From Anaerolineae bacterium (GTDB lineage Bacteria; Chloroflexota; Anaerolineae; Fen-1058), in assembly GCA_036514635.1 (NCBI GenBank), contig DATBWU010000164.1, positions 337 to 64,336 on the forward strand: 64,000 nucleotides of DNA, in the 5' to 3' direction. Under the pieces are notes generated by a model that did not search any database, was not told the origin of the DNA, and was given only the letters and a program-made list of their open reading frames with translations. Numbering within the stretch: the stretch's first letter is position 1; every line of letters begins with the position of its first letter. Positions 24,793 to 33,413 of the stretch are shown one piece after another. A program made the translations under genes and the position numbers.

Positions 24793-26586
24793 GTGGACAA
24801 TGGCAAATACCAACCCACGCGTTGGACCTTATCCGAACTTCTCTCGTCGCACGGAGGCCCGGAGCTTGAAGCGTACCTGGCTCAGTTCGAGCAGCAGGTG
24901 AAAGACTTTGAGGAAATCCGCCCGCAATTGCGGCCGGACATCAACCCGGCCGAGTTCGTCGAAATCGTTCAGGGCTACGAGACCTTAGAGGCCGCTGGCC
25001 GGCGGGTGGGCGCGTATGCGCAGTTGTGGTTCACGGAAGACACGCAGTCACAAGCCGCGCTGGCTTTCCTGGGTCGCATCGATCAGCTCAGCGCGGAAGT
25101 CGCCAACCGCATGCTGTTCTTCAGCCTGTGGTGGAAGAGCCTCGACGACGAGACGGCCAATCGGCTGATGGCCGCGTCGGGCGATTACCGCTATTGGCTA
25201 GAAAGCCTGCGCCGCTTCAAGCCACACACGCTCTCGGAATCCGAAGAGAAGATCGTCAACCTGAAAGACGTCAATGGCATGAACGCCCTGTTGACGCTGT
25301 ACGACGTGATCACCAACGCCTTCACGTTCGAGCTGGAGATCGACGGCCGGAAGAAGAAGATGACGCGCGCCGAACTGTCGGCCTATGTCCGGCATCCCAA
25401 TCCCGACGTGCGCGCGGCGGTCTATCAAGAGATGTTGGGCCGAGTGTTCAAGGAACATGCCAACACGCTGGGACAGATTTACATGTATCGCGTGCGCGAT
25501 TGGTTCTCGGAGAACATTCAACTGCGCAAGCACGCCTCGCCGCTGGCCGTGCGCAACTTGAGCAACGACATCCCCGACGCCGCCACCGACGCGCTGCTGG
25601 AAGTCTGCCGCCGCAACACCGACCTGTTTCAACGCTACTTCCGGCTCAAGGCGCGCTGGCTGGACATCCCTTCGGGCAAGCTGCGCCGATACGACGTGTA
25701 CGCACCGATCGTCGCCTCGGACAAGGCATATCCCTACTCGGACGCAGTGGGCATGGTGCTGGATAGCCTGCATCACTTCTCATCCCAGATCAGCGAGCAC
25801 GCCCGCCGCGTCTTCGCCGACCATCACATCGATTCGGAAATCCGGCCTGGCAAGCAAGGCGGCGCGTTCTGCGCCAGCATCCTGCCGGGCCTGACGCCTT
25901 ACGTCCTGCTCAACTACACGGGGCGCGCCCGCGACGTGGCGACGATGGCGCACGAGCTCGGCCACGCCATTCACGCGATGATGGCCGCGCACCACTCGAC
26001 GCTGACGTTCCACTCGTCGCTGCCGCTGGCCGAGACGGCCTCGGTGTTCAGCGAGATGATCCTGAACGATCGGCTGCTAGCGACGGAAACCGATCCGGCG
26101 GTTCGGCGCGACATCCTCGCCACCCAGATCGACGATGCCTACGCCACGGTGATGCGCCAGGCGTATTTCGTGTTGTTCGAGCGCGAGGCGCACGAGCGCA
26201 TTTTGAAGGGCGCGACAACCGACGAGTTAGCCGAGGCGTATCTGGCGAACCTGCGCGAGCAGTTCGGCGATTCGCTGGAACTGGCCGACGAATTCCGTTG
26301 GGAGTGGGTGAGCATTCCGCACATCTACCAAACGCCGTTCTATTGTTACGCTTATTCGTTCGGGCAACTGCTGGTGCTATCGCTATATCGCCGCTATAAG
26401 GCCGAGGGCGAATCCTTCAAGCCGAAATACTTGAAGATTCTGGCTTACGGCGGCTCGGAAAGCCCGGCCAAAATCCTGCGCGAGGCCGGTATCGACATGG
26501 CCTCGCCCGACTTCTGGCAAGGTGGTTTTGACGTGATCAAAGAGATGATTGACGAATTGGAGAAGATGGAAGCGGTAAAAGCGTAA
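24793..26586 (+). CDS. pepF: M3 family oligoendopeptidase F
   Basis: HELGHAIH zinc motif and a typical PepF length. GTG start at 24793 is preceded by GGAGG at 7 nt. The ORF track begins at TTG 24742. Confidence 0.85.
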   Translation: MDNGKYQPTRWTLSELLSSHGGPELEAYLAQFEQQVKDFEEIRPQLRPDINPAEFVEIVQGYETLEAAGRRVGAYAQLWFTEDTQSQAALAFLGRIDQLSAEVANRMLFFSLWWKSLDDETANRLMAASGDYRYWLESLRRFKPHTLSESEEKIVNLKDVNGMNALLTLYDVITNAFTFELEIDGRKKKMTRAELSAYVRHPNPDVRAAVYQEMLGRVFKEHANTLGQIYMYRVRDWFSENIQLRKHASPLAVRNLSNDIPDAATDALLEVCRRNTDLFQRYFRLKARWLDIPSGKLRRYDVYAPIVASDKAYPYSDAVGMVLDSLHHFSSQISEHARRVFADHHIDSEIRPGKQGGAFCASILPGLTPYVLLNYTGRARDVATMAHELGHAIHAMMAAHHSTLTFHSSLPLAETASVFSEMILNDRLLATETDPAVRRDILATQIDDAYATVMRQAYFVLFEREAHERILKGATTDELAEAYLANLREQFGDSLELADEFRWEWVSIPHIYQTPFYCYAYSFGQLLVLSLYRRYKAEGESFKPKYLKILAYGGSESPAKILREAGIDMASPDFWQGGFDVIKEMIDELEKMEAVKA

Positions 26587-26611
26587 GGTGAATATGGGGC
26601 TACGAGAGAAG

Positions 26612-26655
26612 AAGCCCTCTCGCGGGCGGTGTGTCTGGCGAGAGGGCTTTTCGCT
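26612..26655. terminator. intrinsic terminator hairpin between convergent pepF and hup (possibly bidirectional)
   Basis: aagccctctcgc-N14-gcgagagggctt followed by TTTTCGCTT on the plus strand. The complement gives the same stem followed by ttcttctctc. Confidence 0.6.
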
Positions 26656-26671
26656 TCAAGTTGGAAGGGGT

Positions 26672-26959
26672 CTACATCTGCGCGGCGACGGCGTCCTTGG
26701 CTTCTTTGGACAAGCGGAATTTCAGGGCGCGCTTGGCCGGAATCTGGATCGGCTCGCCGGTCTTGGGATTGCGGCCCATGCGCGCGGCGCGATCGACAAC
26801 CACCAGCTTGCCGAAGCCGGGCACCGGGAAGCCATTCTTGGCCTCGCCATAAGCCAGTGTCGCCAGTTCATCAAGCACCTGCGCGATCTGTTTCTTGCTC
26901 AGTTCGGTCTTCTCGGCCAGGAGATCGATGATCTGGGACTTCGTCATACCTTTAGCCAT
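26672..26959 (-). CDS. hup: HU/IHF family DNA-binding protein
   Basis: MTKSQIIDLLAEKTELSKKQ...GFGKLVVVDRAARMGRNPKTGEPIQIPAKRALKFR is the canonical HU arm. Confidence 0.9.
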   Translation of the reverse strand: MAKGMTKSQIIDLLAEKTELSKKQIAQVLDELATLAYGEAKNGFPVPGFGKLVVVDRAARMGRNPKTGEPIQIPAKRALKFRLSKEAKDAVAAQM

Positions 26960-27140
26960 GTTTGTCCTCCTATTGTGCTGGTGAAAGATACTGATTTTGC
27001 TTGGTTTTCGGGGGTCTCCAGACCACCGATTGGGCTTTAGAGTACCACACTCTCAAAAATCCGCAAATTTGGGCTTTTTCGGGCTTGGGCCATCGAAAAC
27101 CCTTGAAAATCCAATGCCCGTCGCCCAGAGTTCAAACTCC

Positions 27141-27213
27141 GGGCTGAAGGCGTGGAAATCGGCTGAGCCGATTGGCCGGCGGCCCGGTTGACCGGGCTTC
27201 CACGCTTTCAGCC
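27141..27213. repeat. nested GC-rich hairpin element
   Basis: The outer stem gggctgaaggcgtggaa / ttccacgctttcagcc encloses atcggc-tga-gccgat and gcccgg-ttga-ccgggc. Confidence 0.6.
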
Positions 27214-27382
27214 GGACGGTTCACCCTCCGGCGTTCCCGGTCAAGCGGCAACGCCCGACTTTGGGAAAGCCCCGCTTGTGCCTGCCGCTGATTCTATGCT
27301 AAACTCCCGCAATAGCGTTTTCAACGACTTATGCAGTTGAGGCGGATTTCACCGTAACCCTGCAAACGGCAGCCGGACAGGC

Positions 27383-27442
27383 GGCGCGAAGAACGCGAAG
27401 AAAATCCATAGAAGTCTTTGCGCTCTTGGCGTCTTCGCGGTT
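27383..27442. repeat. AACCGC/GCGAAG-family palindromic word repeat
   Basis: gcgcgaagaacgcgaagaaaatcc ... gtctttgcgctcttggcgtcttcgcggtt. Confidence 0.6.
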
Positions 27443-27486
27443 CAAGTGCGTAACTCCTATTTTCATCGAATTGAGGCCGATTGAGT

Positions 27487-29007
27487 ATGCTGGCTAGAGT
27501 GTACACCTGCGCCATCATTGGGCTGGAAGGCCAGACGGTTGAAGTCGAGGTCGATACCGGGCGCGGTCTGCCCTCGTTCTTTCTCGTTGGCCTGCCCGAC
27601 GCCGCGGTGAAAGAATCGAGCGAGCGCATTCGGTCGGCTATCAAAAACAGCGGCCTGCACATGCACGGCGGGCGCGTGACCGTCAACCTGGCGCCTGCCG
27701 ACCTGCGCAAGGCCGGCCCCGCGTACGATTTGCCGATCGCCGTTGGCATCCTCGCCGCGACCGAGCAAGTCCCGGCCGATCGTCTTGATCGGGCGCTGTT
27801 CGTGGGCGAGTTGTCGCTCGATGGATCGGTGCGGCATGTGCGCGGCATATTGCCCGTGGCGGCTTTCGCCGCCGCTCGCGGCTTCTGTACGCTGTACCTT
27901 CCGATCGATGATGGGGTCGAGGCCGCGTTGATCCCCGGCATCGATGTCATCCCCGTCGGCTCGCTAGCCGAACTGGTCAATCATCTGCACGGCATCGCCC
28001 CGATTTCGCCTCAGGCCACCACACGATTTGATGCACTGCCCCCCGCGTCCACCTGCACCGATTTCCGGGAGATCAAGGGGCAAGAGCACGTCAAGCGTGC
28101 GATGGAGGTCGCAGCGGCCGGGGGGCATAACGTAATCATGGTTGGGCCTCCCGGCGCAGGCAAAACGCTGATCGCGCGAGCGCTGCCGGGCATCCTACCG
28201 CCGTTGATGGTCGAAGAAGCGCTCGACGTGACGCACATCTATTCCGTCGCCGGGGTGCTGCCGTCCGAAACCCCGATGATTCGTGAGCGGCCATTCCGCG
28301 CGCCGCACCACACGATAAGCCATGCCGGGCTGGTCGGCGGCGGCAAGTTGCCGCGACCGGGCGAAATCTCACTGGCGCACCGGGGCGTGCTGTTCCTGGA
28401 CGAGCTGCCGGAGTTCGACGAGCGCTCGCTGGAAGCGATGCGCCAACCGCTGGAAGATCACGTCGTGACCATCTCACGCGCTGGAGGAACGCTGACGTTC
28501 CCTGCGAACTTTCAATTGATTGCCGCGATGAACCCGTGTCCTTGCGGCTATTGGGGCGATCCGACGCACAACTGCACCTGCACCTCGGCGATGGTCACGC
28601 GCTATCAGAAACGCATCAGCGGTCCCCTGCTCGACCGCTTCGACATCCACGTTGAAGTTCCTCGTGTGGAGTACGACAAACTCGCCTCGGACCGAACCGG
28701 CGAGCCGAGTGAAACGATTCGCTGCCGGGTGACGACCGCGCGCGAACGTCAACGGGCGCGCTTCAACGCCACGCCGCTGACCTGCAACGCCGACATGGGG
28801 CCGGCGCACATCCGCGAGCATTGCGAAGTGGATGAAGCGGGCAAGTCGCTGATGCGCGCGGCGATGCAGCAGCTGGGCATGAGTGCGCGATCGTTTCACC
28901 GGGTGCTGAAGCTGGCGCGGACGATTGCGGATTTGGCGGGCGCACAGAAAGTCCAGCCGGCGCATCTGGCCGAAGCGTTACAATATCGACCGAGGCGGCA
29001 GGCATAG
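27487..29007 (+). CDS. comM: YifB/ComM family Mg-chelatase-like AAA+ ATPase
   Basis: N-terminal MLARVYTCAIIGLEG, Walker A MVGPPGAGKT, Walker B VLFLDELPEF, and C-terminal HRVLKLARTIADL. Confidence 0.9.
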   Translation: MLARVYTCAIIGLEGQTVEVEVDTGRGLPSFFLVGLPDAAVKESSERIRSAIKNSGLHMHGGRVTVNLAPADLRKAGPAYDLPIAVGILAATEQVPADRLDRALFVGELSLDGSVRHVRGILPVAAFAAARGFCTLYLPIDDGVEAALIPGIDVIPVGSLAELVNHLHGIAPISPQATTRFDALPPASTCTDFREIKGQEHVKRAMEVAAAGGHNVIMVGPPGAGKTLIARALPGILPPLMVEEALDVTHIYSVAGVLPSETPMIRERPFRAPHHTISHAGLVGGGKLPRPGEISLAHRGVLFLDELPEFDERSLEAMRQPLEDHVVTISRAGGTLTFPANFQLIAAMNPCPCGYWGDPTHNCTCTSAMVTRYQKRISGPLLDRFDIHVEVPRVEYDKLASDRTGEPSETIRCRVTTARERQRARFNATPLTCNADMGPAHIREHCEVDEAGKSLMRAAMQQLGMSARSFHRVLKLARTIADLAGAQKVQPAHLAEALQYRPRRQA

Positions 29008-29017
29008 GGAGCGAGTC

Positions 29018-29296
29018 ATGCGTGAACTACGCGCACTGCGGGAAGGATGGGAAACAGTCGAGGTCAATGCAACACGCTTGCTACGCCGCTTGACCACCCA
29101 AGAAAGCATCCGCCAATGGTTGGTTTTGCAACGATCTTTTGAAGCCCAGTTGCAGCAGACCGCAACGCTATTCAGGCCAGAACGGCGGGCTGCGCTGGCC
29201 CAATTGCAAGCCCGGCTACGCCGCATGGCTGAATGGCAGGAACAACATGGAGAATCTGCTCCCGTCCATCGCAGCGCTTCAGCAACGCCTGAGTGA
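29018..29296 (+). CDS. small helical hypothetical protein (92 aa)
   Basis: ATG at 29018 preceded by GGGAG at 7 nt. No recognised family. Overlaps the following NTase fragment. Confidence 0.3.
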   Translation: MRELRALREGWETVEVNATRLLRRLTTQESIRQWLVLQRSFEAQLQQTATLFRPERRAALAQLQARLRRMAEWQEQHGESAPVHRSASATPE

Positions 29297-29384
29297 CGCC
29301 GGTATCCCATCTATGGTGATCGGCGGCGTCGCGGTCGCCGCCTGGGGCGATCCGGATAGACGCCCGCGTGGACGCGGGCTTTGA
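29247..29384 (+). pseudogene. truncated nucleotidyltransferase-fold gene fragment
   Basis: MENLLPSIAALQQRLSDAGIPSMVIGGVAVAAWGDP resembles the start of minimal NTases (hhGG.A...G). The frame terminates about 10 codons later, before any catalytic DxD. Confidence 0.3.
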
Positions 29385-29494
29385 GCAGCCCAAAGCGCAA
29401 CATGTGACCGCGCGCAGTCTATCATGGCGGTAGCCAGGTCACCTGTCACGTTCCCACGCATCCCTTCATCTAGTAAAGAAACCCTCCCGCAGGG

Positions 29495-31339
29495 TTGAGA
29501 ACCGGCGGGAGGGTCTGTTGCCCTGGAGGATTTGTGGCGCACAAGAGCGAGTTCAGAGTCGAGAACGCCTATCCCTACAACCACAGCACGACGACGCGCT
29601 GGATCATCTCGCACGTCCTGCGCTACAAAGGATTCCTGCTCATCGGTGTCGTGCTGACGATCACCAGCCTGGCCTCGTATTCCTCTGCGCCGCTGCTGAT
29701 TGGCCGCGCGGCGGAAGCGATCCTCAACCCCGCCGCCGGGAAACTCCTGCCGGTGCTGTCGCTGGCGATTATGGGCGTGTTGGCGCTCGACGGCGTCGCG
29801 AACCTGCTGGCGTATCGCTGCTTCGAGAACATCGCCAAGCGCTTCCAGGCCGACGCACGCGAGGAACTGTACCTCAGCCTGCTGGGCAAGAGCCAGACCT
29901 TTCACGACCGCCAGCGCGTGGGCGACATCATGGCCCGCGCGACCGACGACGTGAGTCTATTGAGTGACTTGATCGTGCCAGGGGCGAGCCTGATCTTCGA
30001 GACCGTGCTGGCGATCGTCATTCCGCTCGCCTACATCGCCACGATCCACTTCGAGTTGCTGCTGGTGCCTGTCGCCTTCATCGTCGTCTACATCTTCGCC
30101 GTGCGCGCCTACAATCGCCGCCTCCGGCCGGTGGCCGTGCGCCAGCGCGAAGAGTACGGCAAGATGAATGCCGGGCTGGAAGAGACGGTATCGGGCATCG
30201 AGGTCGTCAAGGCCAGCGCGCAGGAAGCCTTCGAGCGGGGCAAGTTCCGGTGCGCGGCGCGCATCAACCGCGACGTCTTTGTCAAGCAGGGCCAGATCGA
30301 GGCGCGCTACCTGCCGGTGCTGCTGTACGCGTTCGCGCTGGGGCTGACGTTCCTCCACGCGCTGATGCTTCACCAGCAGGGCCGCGCGACGATCGCCGAC
30401 ATCATCGGCGTGATGGGGTTGATGCGCGTGCTGCACTTCCCGACCTTCATCTCGATCTGGACCTTCTCGGTGGTGCAGGCCGGTGTGGCGAGCGCGAACC
30501 GCATCCTGCGCATCATCCGCGCCGAGACCGAACTCGACGAGAACCCCGGCGGCCACACCGCGCCGATGCGCGGCGACATCGTCTTTGAGAACGTGAGTTT
30601 CGGTTACGAGGATCGCCCGTTGCTCGACCGGGTGTCGTTTCACGTCAGGCCCGGCCAGACGGTTGCCATCGTCGGGCAGACCGGGTCGGGCAAGAGCACG
30701 CTGACGCAGCTAGTCAACCGCACCTACGACACCCGGCAGGGCCGCGTTCTGATCGACGGGGTGGACGTGCGCGAGTGGAGCCTGGCTGCGCTGCGCTCGC
30801 AAATCTCGAAGATCGAGCAAGACGTGTTCCTGTTCTCGCGGACGATCGCGGAGAACATCGCGTTTGGCATGCCGGGTGCGATGCAGGAGCCGATCGAAGA
30901 AGCCGCGCGCGCGGCGCAGGCGCACGAGTTCATCGGGTCGTTCGAGAAAGGCTATCAAACGGTGATCGGCGAGCGCGGGGTGACGCTGAGCGGCGGGCAG
31001 CGGCAGCGCCTGGCCCTGGCGCGCGCTTTCCTGAGCGACCCGCGCATCCTGATCCTGGACGACTCGACCAGCGCGATCGACAGCGGGACCGAGGATGAGA
31101 TTCAAAAGGCGATCCGGAAGATTCAGCGCGGGCGGACAACGCTGTTGATCACGCACCGGCTGTCCCAGATCCGGTGGGCCGATCACATCCTGGTGCTCGA
31201 TCGCGGCCGGCTGGTTGCCAGCGGCACGCACGAGGAGCTCTTGCGCCGCTCACCGCACTACCGGCGCATCTTTGCGCGATACGAGATTGTGCTTCCTTTG
31301 TGTACTGCTTCCCCATCTTGCCGCAAATATCCCAGCTGA
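29495..31339 (+). CDS. ABC exporter, fused permease/ATPase (MsbA/MdlB-like half transporter)
   Basis: Six-TM ABC_membrane region, Walker A GQTGSGKST, signature LSGGQRQR and Walker B ILILDDSTSAID. The start may be the GTG at 29534. Confidence 0.9.
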   Translation: MRTGGRVCCPGGFVAHKSEFRVENAYPYNHSTTTRWIISHVLRYKGFLLIGVVLTITSLASYSSAPLLIGRAAEAILNPAAGKLLPVLSLAIMGVLALDGVANLLAYRCFENIAKRFQADAREELYLSLLGKSQTFHDRQRVGDIMARATDDVSLLSDLIVPGASLIFETVLAIVIPLAYIATIHFELLLVPVAFIVVYIFAVRAYNRRLRPVAVRQREEYGKMNAGLEETVSGIEVVKASAQEAFERGKFRCAARINRDVFVKQGQIEARYLPVLLYAFALGLTFLHALMLHQQGRATIADIIGVMGLMRVLHFPTFISIWTFSVVQAGVASANRILRIIRAETELDENPGGHTAPMRGDIVFENVSFGYEDRPLLDRVSFHVRPGQTVAIVGQTGSGKSTLTQLVNRTYDTRQGRVLIDGVDVREWSLAALRSQISKIEQDVFLFSRTIAENIAFGMPGAMQEPIEEAARAAQAHEFIGSFEKGYQTVIGERGVTLSGGQRQRLALARAFLSDPRILILDDSTSAIDSGTEDEIQKAIRKIQRGRTTLLITHRLSQIRWADHILVLDRGRLVASGTHEELLRRSPHYRRIFARYEIVLPLCTASPSCRKYPS

Positions 31340-31416
31340 TTTCATACAATCACTCGCAATGCAAATGGTATAGTAGCGTACCACCGCCATTGCGTCTCCA
31401 CGACCTGCGATAGCGC

Positions 31417-31580
31417 GTGCATTTCAAGTTAGTGGCAAGGGTCGCGCGGCGGTCAACCGCCGCGCTCAGCGAACGAAGCCCGCGCAGCGGGCTAGCCTCG
31501 AAGAGGCTTCGTTCGTTCAGCCCGACGGTTCAGTCGGGCGCGGCTGGGCCGATAGCAGTCGCCACTTTTCTGAAATGCAC
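31417..31580. repeat. TIR-bounded, multi-hairpin element (MITE-like or structured RNA)
   Basis: The ends gtgcatttcaagttagtggc and gccacttttctgaaatgcac are inverted (16/20 match). The interior has perfect stems gcgcggcgg-tcaa-ccgccgcgc, cgaacgaagcc...ggcttcgttcg and cccgac-ggttca-gtcggg. Confidence 0.55.
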
Positions 31581-31771
31581 TGCGCGACAGCCAGGCGCAG
31601 GCTGGAGCGCCGACCCGATACCCGGCTAGCTGAATAACTTCTAGGCGACCGGCACTTCCAAAGTGCCGGTCACCTCGGACCAGGAGTCAGTCTATATATC
31701 GCGACAACGCGTCGTATGCGCTCTTCTCCCGCATTCGTTTCGCCCTCGCCGCTGCTCTGCTGATCAGTCTG

Positions 31772-32170
31772 GTGCTGTCGCTGGGTTTGGCCGACGTCAG
31801 TCGGGCGGCAGGGACTGTTCGCGTTACCAGCACGATCGACGCAGTCAGCGCCGACGGACTGTGCACCCTGCGTGAGGCGATCCTCGTCGCCAACAAAGAT
31901 AAGGCGCTCAGCAGCGTTCCCGGCGAGTGCCCGGCAGGCAGCGGCGCGGACACGATCATCTTGCCGGCCGGCGCCTACACGTTGACGCGCACTGACTACG
32001 GCAAAGACGGCCACGGCAACGGCCGTGTGTATCACATCTTCTTCACGGCCACCGACGGGCGCGGCGGATCGTGCTCGGGTGAGGTGAAGGTCGGCGTGGT
32101 TCACGATCAAGGCGGCTCGCTCGATGCCATCGACGGCGGCCCGTTGTACGACTCGACAAGGGCACACTAG
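31772..32170 (+). CDS. short secreted-protein remnant (N-terminal CTLREAI-type module joined to a C-terminal VHDQG-type module)
   Basis: The frame is open from 31634 and encodes a signal-like RIRFALAAALLISLVLSLGLA, but the only ATG (31716) is out of frame. The body joins ...DGLCTLREAILVAN...GADTIILPAG directly to GRVYHIFFTATDGRGGSCSGEVKVGVVHDQG. Confidence 0.35.
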   Translation: MLSLGLADVSRAAGTVRVTSTIDAVSADGLCTLREAILVANKDKALSSVPGECPAGSGADTIILPAGAYTLTRTDYGKDGHGNGRVYHIFFTATDGRGGSCSGEVKVGVVHDQGGSLDAIDGGPLYDSTRAH

Positions 32171-32177
32171 CGAACCT

Positions 32178-32360
32178 GTCAACGGATTGGAAACGGACAA
32201 GCGGACTGTAACGGATACCTGCGGCGAAGCGGACGGCTATCAACGGATTGGAAACGGACAAACGAACTGAAGCGGATGCGGACATTATCCGTTTCTATCC
32301 GTTTGTCCGTTTAAGCATCCGTTGATCACCGTTTGTCCGTTTAAGTATCCGTTGATCACC
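32178..32360. repeat. AACGGAT/AACGGAC word-repeat block with inverted arms and a 30-nt tandem duplication
   Basis: caacggattggaaacggacaa occurs twice (32178-, 32241-). ccgtttgtccgtttaag(c/t)atccgttgatca occurs in tandem at 32299-32328 and 32329-32358. The arms are mutually complementary. Confidence 0.7.
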
Positions 32361-32452
32361 GCTTGCGCCGTGTCACATCTGAGCGATAATACCGATGTTC
32401 CTCCACGCGAAGGCCCAGCCATCTTCGCGCAATCGAAACCGTTTGGCAGAAC

Positions 32453-33181
32453 ATGACCACCGATCGAAAACTGATCCTGAAAACCGTCGGTCTCTTTACG
32501 GAGACTCCCCACGAGACGCTGGCTGAAGTGGCCGATCTGCTCGAGGAGATCGAGGCGAAGCCAGGCCAGGTCGTGTTCCACAAAGGCGACCCGGGTGACT
32601 CGCTGTATATCATCGCCGAAGGGCGCGTGCGCGTGCACGACGGCGATCTCACGCTGAATTTCTTGGGCAAGCGCGACGTGTTCGGCGAGATGGCTGCGCT
32701 CGATCCGGAGCCGCGCAGTGCAACGGTGACTGCGGTCGAGGACACGCTGCTCTTGCGCCTCGATCAAAAGACGCTGTACGATTTGATCGCAAAGCGCCCC
32801 GAAGTCGCGCGCCGGATCATCCAGGTGCTCAGCCGGCACCTCCGAGCGCGCATGCACGACATGGCCGAGGATTACCAATACATGCGGCAATTCGCCAAAG
32901 TCACGGCGGCAGCGGTCGCCGTCGAGGCCGGTGTCTATGAGCCGGACAGCCTGAACGAGGTCGCGCAGCGGACGGACGAGCTGGGTCAGCTCGCGCGTGT
33001 CTTCCAGCGCGCGATCCACGAAGTGTACGCGCGCGAGCAGCGCCTGAAGCAACAAGTGGCCGAGCTGCGGATCGAGATCGATCAGGTCCACCAGGCGCGG
33101 CAGGTCGCCGAGATCACCGAGACGGAGTATTTTCAGCAATTGCGTAAGCGCGCGGGCGAACTCCGCTCTGCGCGGGAATGA
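32453..33181 (+). CDS. cyclic nucleotide-binding domain protein with C-terminal coiled coil
   Basis: The cNMP-binding cassette GDSLYIIAEGRVRV...FGEMAALDPEPRSATVTA is followed by a helical EQRLKQQVAELRIEIDQ region. Confidence 0.8.
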   Translation: MTTDRKLILKTVGLFTETPHETLAEVADLLEEIEAKPGQVVFHKGDPGDSLYIIAEGRVRVHDGDLTLNFLGKRDVFGEMAALDPEPRSATVTAVEDTLLLRLDQKTLYDLIAKRPEVARRIIQVLSRHLRARMHDMAEDYQYMRQFAKVTAAAVAVEAGVYEPDSLNEVAQRTDELGQLARVFQRAIHEVYAREQRLKQQVAELRIEIDQVHQARQVAEITETEYFQQLRKRAGELRSARE

Positions 33182-33413
33182 TCCACGAACACACACGTGC
33201 ACCGCGCTTGTCCCTTCGGGACAGCGCAAGTGCAGGTGTGCGGTGCAATGCTCCCGTCTTCACGAATTCACACGAATCAGAATATTGGACATGGACACCT
33301 GCACCCACCTGCGGTGTTCGCAGGTGCGGTGTGAACACGGACAAACACGGATCAGAATCAGTGTTCATCTGTGTTCATCCGTGTCCCATAATTTGGTTGC
33401 TGCGGAGCCGCCT

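Noticed and set aside
32285-33229. 314-aa minus-strand ORF antisense to the cNMP-binding gene
   Set aside because: Its 3' end runs through the word-repeat block, and the plus strand carries a canonical cNMP-binding cassette.
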